From NCBI RefSeq assembly GCF_988243305.1, contig NZ_OZ547136.1: DNA of 64,000 bases. One strand, 5' to 3'. Of the stretch, positions 57,261 to 64,000 are shown in pieces; the stretch's first letter is position 1; every line of letters begins with the position of its first letter. Below the pieces are notes generated by a model that was not told the origin of the DNA, searched no databases, and saw only the letters and a list, made by a program, of their open reading frames with translations. Position numbers and translations under genes: made by a program.

Positions 57261-57446
57261 TTAAAATGTTAAACCAGCCTGACGCCCAATTTGCGCCAGC
57301 GTACCGGGCTTAATATCTTTTTTAGGGTGCGGAACCGTCACCAGACCCGGATGAACAGGGTGGCGGAACTGATGATGACTGCCACGGGTTCGAATATGTT
57401 CCCAGCCATGCTGCTTCAGGATGGCGATCACGTCTGCACTTTTCAC
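57261..57446 (-). CDS. hicA: HicA-family toxin (YcfA-like mRNA interferase, 61 aa, GTG start)
   Basis: (M)KSADVIAILKQHGWEHIRTRGSHHQFRHPVHPGLVTVPHPKKDIKPGTLAQIGRQAGLTF; conserved GSH...H and VTVPHP..D motifs; 16 bp upstream of hicB. Confidence 0.8.
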   Translation of the reverse strand: MKSADVIAILKQHGWEHIRTRGSHHQFRHPVHPGLVTVPHPKKDIKPGTLAQIGRQAGLTF

Positions 57447-57671
57447 ATCCCTGCCCTTCCATGATTATACACACGATACACACACAATTAGCGATAACAA
57501 TCACGATAGCGCGATTTATATGGGCCGTCAGGGGGATAAAGTTGACTCGCTCGGAAGGAGAATAACGGTGTGCAGTAACTTGTTGAAAAGATGCGAGGAG
57601 ACTCGTAATTAAGTTCAATCAATATTCAGTCATTCAAGACGTAGACATTTGAATTGGTAAAACGCGCAAAC

Positions 57672-57702
57672 GTCGCATCAGGCAATGAATACCCGATGCG
57701 AC
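57672..57702. repeat. REP-like palindrome between hicA promoter region and aldB 3' end
   Basis: gtcgcatc-aggcaatgaataccc-gatgcgac. Confidence 0.45.
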
Positions 57703-57714
57703 CAGCTTCTTACA

Positions 57715-59253
57715 TCAGAACAGCCCCAACGGTTTATCCGAGTAGCTCACCAGCAGGCACTTGGTTTGCTGGTAATGCTCAAGCATCATCTTATGGGTTT
57801 CGCGTCCGATGCCCGACTGTTTGTAGCCGCCAAACGCTGCGTGTGCCGGGTAGGCATGATAACAGTTGGTCCACACGCGCCCAGCCTGAATGCCGCGCCC
57901 CATCTTATAGGCCAGATTACCGTTGCGGCTCCAGACACCCGCGCCCAGGCCATATTGCGTGTCGTTCGCCAGCTCCAGCGCTTCTTCCATCGTTTTGAAG
58001 GTGGTCACCGCCAGCACCGGACCAAAAATTTCTTCCTGGAACACGCGCATATTATTCTGACCAAACAGAATCGTCGGTTCGAGGTAGTAGCCGTCTTTCA
58101 GTTCGCCTTCCAGCAGCTTGCGCCGCCCGCCGGTGAGCACGTCTGCGCCCTCTTTTTTACCGATATCAATGTAGTTGAGGATGGTTTCCAGTTGCCCGTG
58201 AGAAACCTGCGCCCCCATTTGCGTCACGCTGTCGAGCGGGTTACCGCTGCGAATGCTTTCGACACGGCGGATGGCGCGTTCCATAAAGCGTTCGTAGATA
58301 GACTCCTGCACTAAAGCACGGCTTGGACAGGTGCAAACTTCGCCCTGGTTAAAGGCAAACAGTGCAAAGCCTTCCAGCGCTTTATCGAAAAAGGCATCTT
58401 CTTCATCCATCACATCAGCAAAGAAGATATTTGGGGATTTGCCGCCCAGCTCCAGCGTCACCGGAATAATGTTTTGCGTGGCGTACTGCATAATTTGTTG
58501 GCCCACTTCCGTTGAGCCGGTAAACGCCACTTTGGCGATGCGTTTCGAGGTCGCCAGATATTCGCCAATTTCCCCACCAGCGCCGTTAACCACGTTCACC
58601 ACGCCCGGCGGCAGTAAATCACCGACGAGTTCCATTAGCAGCAGTACAGAAAGCGGGGTAAGACGTGCGGGTTTCAGCACCACACAGTTGCCCGCCGCCA
58701 GCGCGGGAGCCATTTTCCAGCTCGCCATCAGCAGCGGGAAGTTCCACGGAATAATCTGCCCCACCACGCCTAACGGTTCGTGGAAGTGATAAGCCACAGT
58801 TTCGCTATCCACTTCACTAATACCGCCTTCCTGCGCCCGAATACACGAGGCAAAATAGCGAAAATGGTCAATCGCCAGCGGCACATCAGCAGCACTGGTT
58901 TCGCGAATGGGTTTGCCGTTATCCCAGGTTTCAGCGGTCGCTAACAGTTCGAGGTTCTGCTCCATCCGATCGGCAATCTTAAACAGAATCGCCGCGCGAT
59001 CCTGCACCGAGGTATGCGCCCATTTATCTTTCACTTTGTGCGCAGCATCCAGCGCCAGATCGATATCTCGTTTGCCCGAAGACGCCACTTCGCACAGCAG
59101 CTGCCCGGTCACCGGCGTCAGGTTCTGGTAATACTCGCCGTCGGCAGGGGCTACCCATTCGCCGCCAATAAAGTTGTCGTAGCGGGCTTTTAACTTGAGG
59201 GGGAAACCATACTCGCCGGGCTTAATCTGTGCTGAAGGGGGATTATTGGTCAT
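57715..59253 (-). CDS. aldB: Aldehyde dehydrogenase B (AldB, 512 aa)
   Basis: Start at [36 protein letters not shown]; ALDH motifs (ELGGKSP, catalytic Cys in [11 protein letters not shown]). Confidence 0.93.
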   Translation of the reverse strand: MTNNPPSAQIKPGEYGFPLKLKARYDNFIGGEWVAPADGEYYQNLTPVTGQLLCEVASSGKRDIDLALDAAHKVKDKWAHTSVQDRAAILFKIADRMEQNLELLATAETWDNGKPIRETSAADVPLAIDHFRYFASCIRAQEGGISEVDSETVAYHFHEPLGVVGQIIPWNFPLLMASWKMAPALAAGNCVVLKPARLTPLSVLLLMELVGDLLPPGVVNVVNGAGGEIGEYLATSKRIAKVAFTGSTEVGQQIMQYATQNIIPVTLELGGKSPNIFFADVMDEEDAFFDKALEGFALFAFNQGEVCTCPSRALVQESIYERFMERAIRRVESIRSGNPLDSVTQMGAQVSHGQLETILNYIDIGKKEGADVLTGGRRKLLEGELKDGYYLEPTILFGQNNMRVFQEEIFGPVLAVTTFKTMEEALELANDTQYGLGAGVWSRNGNLAYKMGRGIQAGRVWTNCYHAYPAHAAFGGYKQSGIGRETHKMMLEHYQQTKCLLVSYSDKPLGLF

Positions 59254-59453
59254 GATCGTCTCCTTGCGGTGTGAGGTATAACAAGGGTAGACGTGACTGG
59301 CGAAATCTTCGCCAGTCGGTAACAGCTTTACGACGGCTATCACGAATTTACGGGCAAGGACTACAGAGATAACTAAAACTCTCTCAAAAATCGCAAATTT
59401 TGAGAGAGTTTAAAAAATGGCTGACAATTAGCCAGCCATTGGGGGAATGATGA

Positions 59454-60605
59454 TTACATCGCAGCGCGATAAATTGCCACAATCTCTTCGTGAGTTGCCT
59501 GAATCGGGTTAGTAAACCCACACGCATCTTTCAGGGCATTGGTGGCCAGTACCGCGAAATCCTCTTCTTTCACGTTCAGGTCACGCAGGCCTGCCGGGAT
59601 ATTCACTTTCTTCGCCAGTTCACGGATGGCATTGATGCACGCTTCTGCGCCTTCCGCGTCATTTTTGCCTGTCACGTTAACGCCCATGGCAGCAGCACAG
59701 TCACGCAGACGCGCAGCAGCGACTTTGCTGTTGAACACCTGAACGTGTGGCAGCAGAACGGCATTACATACACCATGTGGCAGGTTGTAGAAACCGCCCA
59801 GCTGGTGCGCCATCGCATGAACATAACCAAGAGATGCGTTGTTGAATGCCATGCCAGCGAGGAACTGGGCATAAGCCATTGCTTCACGCGCTTTAGCATT
59901 GCTGCCATCTTCAACGGCTAACGGCAGATTTTCGGCAATCATGGTCACCGCTTTCAGTGCGCAAGCGTCAGTGATCGGCGTTGCAGCAATTGAAACATAC
60001 GCTTCAATAGCGTGTGTTAAGGCATCCATACCGGTTGCGGCGGTCAGTGACTTCGGCATACCGATCATCAGAGAGGAGTCATTGACAGAAAGCAGCGGAG
60101 TCACGTGCTTATCAACAATCGCCATTTTGATGTGACGCGCTTCGTCAGTGATGATGCAGAAACGGGTCATTTCAGAGGCCGTACCCGCCGTGGTATTGAT
60201 GGCGATCATCGGCAGCTGCGGTTTTGCAGAGCAGTCAACGCCTTCATAATCGCGAATATCGCCACCATTGGCCGCCACCAGCGCAATACCTTTTGCGCAG
60301 TCGTGTGGAGAACCACCGCCTAAGGAAATCACGCTATCGCAATTATTTTCTTTAAGTAATTTCAAACCTGCAGCGACGTTTTCCGTGGTGGGGTTAGGTT
60401 GGGTGCCATCATAAATAACACTAAAAATATTGCGTTCTTCCAGTGCTTTTTGCACATCACCCGCCATACCCAATTTCGTTAACATATTGTCAGTGACAAT
60501 TAAGGTACGGGTAAATCCATAATCTGCCATCATATTCATTGCATCATTCAATGAATCAGCACCAATAACATTCACGGAAGGAATAAAAAAGGTTGAAGCT
60601 GCCAT
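59454..60605 (-). CDS. yiaY: Iron-containing (group III) alcohol dehydrogenase YiaY
   Basis: 383-aa ORF with Fe-ADH metal-binding His motifs. Confidence 0.9.
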   Translation of the reverse strand: MAASTFFIPSVNVIGADSLNDAMNMMADYGFTRTLIVTDNMLTKLGMAGDVQKALEERNIFSVIYDGTQPNPTTENVAAGLKLLKENNCDSVISLGGGSPHDCAKGIALVAANGGDIRDYEGVDCSAKPQLPMIAINTTAGTASEMTRFCIITDEARHIKMAIVDKHVTPLLSVNDSSLMIGMPKSLTAATGMDALTHAIEAYVSIAATPITDACALKAVTMIAENLPLAVEDGSNAKAREAMAYAQFLAGMAFNNASLGYVHAMAHQLGGFYNLPHGVCNAVLLPHVQVFNSKVAAARLRDCAAAMGVNVTGKNDAEGAEACINAIRELAKKVNIPAGLRDLNVKEEDFAVLATNALKDACGFTNPIQATHEEIVAIYRAAM

Positions 60606-60700
60606 AACACACTCCTGAAAGTGTAAAAAAGGGCGGGCAGCTTACTGAGGATTTTCATTTGAAAATATGATCAGTATTATTGATTATCAAAATTAATCTA

Positions 60701-60741
60701 ATAAAAAGCACATTGTATTCATTAAACAATGTGCTTTTTTT
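60701..60741 (-). terminator. Rho-independent terminator downstream of selB (hairpin flanked by A/T runs on both sides)
   Basis: aagcacattgt-attcattaa-acaatgtgctt flanked by aaaaa and ttttttt. Confidence 0.7.
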
Positions 60742-60794
60742 AAATTCATAAGAATTTTGTATTAATTTATTTTAAAACTTAATTAATCATTTCC

Positions 60795-62639
60795 TTATTT
60801 TTCCGGAAATAATAATGCGTCGCGCAATAAATGATCATTTCCACGACGACGCGTAAAGCCAATGCGGTCAAAATATTCCAAAATCTGAATTGCCAGCTTT
60901 CGGCCTACACCTAAGCGATCGCGGAAATCCGCCGCGCAGGTTGAACCACACTCCTGATCGAGATCGCGGATCATATTGGCAAACTCGACAATCCGATCGT
61001 TACGGTAATAACGATCTTTAACGATCGCGGTAATTATCCCCTGCTGCGCCGCCTGGCGTAGCGTCAGGCGCATTGCCTGCTCGTCGGTTCCCGTCTCTTT
61101 TGCCAGGTCACGCACCCACCACGGTTCGTCACCAAACAGCGGCTCTGCTTTTTGCCAGATGACCTGCTGCTCTTCGCTGAAGCCCGCTTTATGATCCGGC
61201 AGATGCAGCCAACCGTGATGACTGAGGATGTCGCCGCTTTCGCGCATCTTTTCAATCAGCAACAGTACCAGCGCTTCATCTTCCATTGGCAACGCCATAC
61301 GTCGCAGACGTTCGCGCCCAGGACCAGGTTCATCGCGATGTTGCTCATGATAAGTCGCTAATGTGTCGAGAATTTTCCGCTGCCAGCGGGCGGCAACCGG
61401 CGCATTCAACAAGCTATAACCAGCCTGAATATAGCCAGGCTGTTGCAGCAGTTCGCGCATCCCTTCGCCGTTGAGCTGCCGTGCCCAGGCGAAATCCGCA
61501 AGGTTAACCGCTCCGCATTCCAGATGAACAGATAACGCATCGGCATCACTCTGCGCCCGTGCAAGAGACGCCAGCCATTGCAGATATTCCGGCTTACGCT
61601 TACCGCGACGCGGCGGGTTAAGCATCACCACACGCGCCCCCGCCAGCGTGTTGCGGGCCGAGATATCGCGCAGCACCAGGCGATCGTTATCCGCCAGCCA
61701 TAGCGGCGTGTCGAACACCAGCTCGGCAAGGTTATCTTCCAGCAGCGAAACGCGTCCCGTGACGTGGCTGGCGGCGTGGTGAATATGCAGCGGCTGCCAC
61801 TGGGTCAGCGGTGTATGGGTTTGAAGCTCGACAATCACCCGTGTGAAAGGCTCCGGCGGCGCATCGGCAAGCAGCCAGTCACCACGGTGAATCTGCTCTT
61901 TTTCCGCATCACCCGCGATGTTAAGCGCGATACGCTGACCGGCATGGGCAGTTTCTGTTGGCTGATTTTGCGCATGCAGCGCACGCACGCGCATCGGTTT
62001 ATTTACACCAGTCAGCCATAGTGAATCGCCTACCTTCACTTCCCCGCTTAACGCCGTACCGGTGACGACCAGCCCGGCACCTTTTACGGTAAATGCACGG
62101 TCGATCGCGAGGCGGAAACTATGTTGGCTGGCGTGTTCACGTTCTGGTAACTGAAGCAAATGCTCGCGCAGGGCATCAATTCCCCGACCTTCGGTTGCTG
62201 CGGTGATAAACAGTTTTGCCTCAGCAAAACCGTATTCCCGCAGCACCTCCTTTACCTGGCGTTCAACCTCATCAACACGCGCTTCGTCCACGCGATCGGC
62301 TTTGGTCAGCGCCACTGTCAGCATCGGGTTACCGGTCAGCTGCAAAATCGCCAGATGCTCACGGGTCTGTTCCATCACGCCGTCATCGCACGCCACCACC
62401 AACAGCGCGTGATCGATACCACCAACGCCAGCCAGCATGTTGGAAAGAAACTTTTCATGACCGGGTACGTCGATAAAACCAGGCACGCGGCCATCCGGCT
62501 GCGGCCAGTAGGCATAACCGAGATCGATGGTCATGCCGCGCTTTTTTTCTTCCGGCAGACGATCGGCATTTACGCCAGTAATCGCCTGCAATAAGGTTGT
62601 TTTGCCGTGGTCAACGTGTCCGGCAGTCGCAATAATCAT
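60795..62639 (-). CDS. selB: Selenocysteine-specific elongation factor SelB (614 aa)
   Basis: N-terminal GTPase motifs [20 protein letters not shown]; 4-bp overlap with selA. Confidence 0.95.
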   Translation of the reverse strand: MIIATAGHVDHGKTTLLQAITGVNADRLPEEKKRGMTIDLGYAYWPQPDGRVPGFIDVPGHEKFLSNMLAGVGGIDHALLVVACDDGVMEQTREHLAILQLTGNPMLTVALTKADRVDEARVDEVERQVKEVLREYGFAEAKLFITAATEGRGIDALREHLLQLPEREHASQHSFRLAIDRAFTVKGAGLVVTGTALSGEVKVGDSLWLTGVNKPMRVRALHAQNQPTETAHAGQRIALNIAGDAEKEQIHRGDWLLADAPPEPFTRVIVELQTHTPLTQWQPLHIHHAASHVTGRVSLLEDNLAELVFDTPLWLADNDRLVLRDISARNTLAGARVVMLNPPRRGKRKPEYLQWLASLARAQSDADALSVHLECGAVNLADFAWARQLNGEGMRELLQQPGYIQAGYSLLNAPVAARWQRKILDTLATYHEQHRDEPGPGRERLRRMALPMEDEALVLLLIEKMRESGDILSHHGWLHLPDHKAGFSEEQQVIWQKAEPLFGDEPWWVRDLAKETGTDEQAMRLTLRQAAQQGIITAIVKDRYYRNDRIVEFANMIRDLDQECGSTCAADFRDRLGVGRKLAIQILEYFDRIGFTRRRGNDHLLRDALLFPEK

Positions 62640-64000
62640 TTCAACAACATCTCCAAAAACCGTTGCTCATCTTCAAGGCAGCGTAAATCCAGCCACAATC
62701 GTCCGTCATAAATACGACCAATCACCGGCACTGGCAATTCACGCCAGCGGGCGGCTAATGACTCAAGGTGGCTACCGCGTCCATCATGGGGTGTAAACGT
62801 TAATGCCGCGCTCGGCAGGCGATCAACCGGCAGCGAACCACTGCCAATCTGCGAAAGACATGGCATAACCTGTACCGCAAACTCCGCGCCGTAATGTGCG
62901 GCAAGGGGAGCCTGTAAACGTTGTGCCTGGATTTGAATGACCTCTGCGCTGCGGGTAAGCAGGCGCAGGGTCGGTAATTTTTCACTCAGAGCTTCAGGGT
63001 GTAAATAAAGACGCAACGTGGCTTCCAGCGCCGCGAGGGTCATTTTATCCGCGCGTAATGCACGCTTCAGCGGGTGGCTTTGCAGGCGGGCGATCATCTC
63101 TTTTTTACCAACGATAATCCCTGCCTGCGGCCCGCCTAACAACTTGTCGCCGGAGAAACTCACCAGACTGACGCCCGCCGCAATCAACTCCTGCGGCATT
63201 GGCTCTTTCGGCAAACCGTACTGGCTAAGATCGACCAGCGAGCCACTGCCTAAATCAGTCACCACGGGAATATCCAGTTCTTTGCCAAGCGCCACCAGTT
63301 CAGCTTCGTCTATCGCTTTGGTGAACCCCTGAATGCTGTAGTTACTGGTATGTACTTTCATCAACAGTGCGGTATTTTCATTCACCGCCTGACGATAATC
63401 ATTCGCGTGCGTGCGGTTGGTGGTCCCTACTTCGTGTAGGGTGCAGCCTGCCTGACGCATGACATCAGGAATACGAAACGCGCCGCCAATCTCCACCAGT
63501 TCGCCGCGAGAAACCACCACCTCTTTCCCGCTAGCAGTGGCCGCCAACATCAATAACACCGCCGCCGCATTGTTATTAACGATACAGGCATCTTCCGCCC
63601 CCGTAATACGGCACAGCAGCTGCGCCAGCGCCCGATCGCGATGTCCGCGTCCGGCGTCGTCCAGATCGTACTCGAGGGTCACTGGCGAACGCATAGCCTG
63701 CGCAACGGCTTCCACCGCGGCTTCCGCCTGTAAAGCTCGACCAAGGTTGGTATGCAGCACGGTTCCCGTCAGGTTGATCACCGGACGCAGCGCGCTCTGC
63801 GCCTCCTTCGTCAGTCGGGCATCGACTTCTTGCGCCCAGTTTTCACACCATGCGGGCAGCGTCTGGCTGTCACGAATCACTTCTCGCGCTTCGTCAAGCA
63901 TCTGACGCAGCAATTCCACCACGCGGGTGTGACCATAAGTATCACGCAAAGAAAGGAAGGAGCTATCGCGCAATAAGCGATCAATAGCCGGAAGTTGACT
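62636..64000 (-). CDS. selA: L-seryl-tRNA(Sec) selenium transferase SelA, 3' portion (N-terminus beyond window end)
   Basis: 445 codons visible of a 463-aa protein, ending ...[21 protein letters not shown]; PLP-lysine region present. Confidence 0.93.
   Translation of the reverse strand, partial: SQLPAIDRLLRDSSFLSLRDTYGHTRVVELLRQMLDEAREVIRDSQTLPAWCENWAQEVDARLTKEAQSALRPVINLTGTVLHTNLGRALQAEAAVEAVAQAMRSPVTLEYDLDDAGRGHRDRALAQLLCRITGAEDACIVNNNAAAVLLMLAATASGKEVVVSRGELVEIGGAFRIPDVMRQAGCTLHEVGTTNRTHANDYRQAVNENTALLMKVHTSNYSIQGFTKAIDEAELVALGKELDIPVVTDLGSGSLVDLSQYGLPKEPMPQELIAAGVSLVSFSGDKLLGGPQAGIIVGKKEMIARLQSHPLKRALRADKMTLAALEATLRLYLHPEALSEKLPTLRLLTRSAEVIQIQAQRLQAPLAAHYGAEFAVQVMPCLSQIGSGSLPVDRLPSAALTFTPHDGRGSHLESLAARWRELPVPVIGRIYDGRLWLDLRCLEDEQRFLEMLLK

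Noticed and set aside
57447-57660. Possible small ORF or sRNA in the 210-bp spacer upstream of hicA
   Set aside because: No ORF with RBS and no clear hairpin-plus-U-run terminator; most simply explained as the hicAB promoter/operator region plus a REP-like element.

Overview
This window reads as a contiguous stretch of an Escherichia coli chromosome from a non-K-12 lineage; almost every ORF translates to a protein I recognise from E. coli, and gene order follows the bcs-dpp-xyl-yia-sel region. Order: bcsE(3' end)-bcsF-bcsG, three tandem ldr/rdl type I toxin-antitoxin repeats, yhjV, dppFDCBA (minus), proK tRNA-Pro, eptB, yhjX, yhjY, tag, yiaC, bisC, yiaD, ghrB, yiaF, yiaG, cspA, hokA, glyS-glyQ, ysaB, wecH, yiaA-yiaB, xylB-xylA / xylFGHR, bax, malS, avtA, ysaA, yiaJ, yiaKLMNO-lyxK-sgbHUE, then a roughly 5.4 kb cassette (AraC-family regulator, GPH-family glycoside symporter, GH127-like hydrolase, hicA-hicB), then aldB, yiaY, selB and the 3' part of selA. 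I found no rRNA, CRISPR array, transposase or prophage genes. The most interesting part is the sgbE-aldB cassette, which from memory replaces yiaT-yiaU-yiaV-yiaW of K-12; other points are the ldr/rdl triplication, an uninterrupted hokA locus, and a fragment resembling the proK 3' end next to proK. All identifications rest on reading the translations and on remembered synteny; no database search was run, so strain-level statements are inference.
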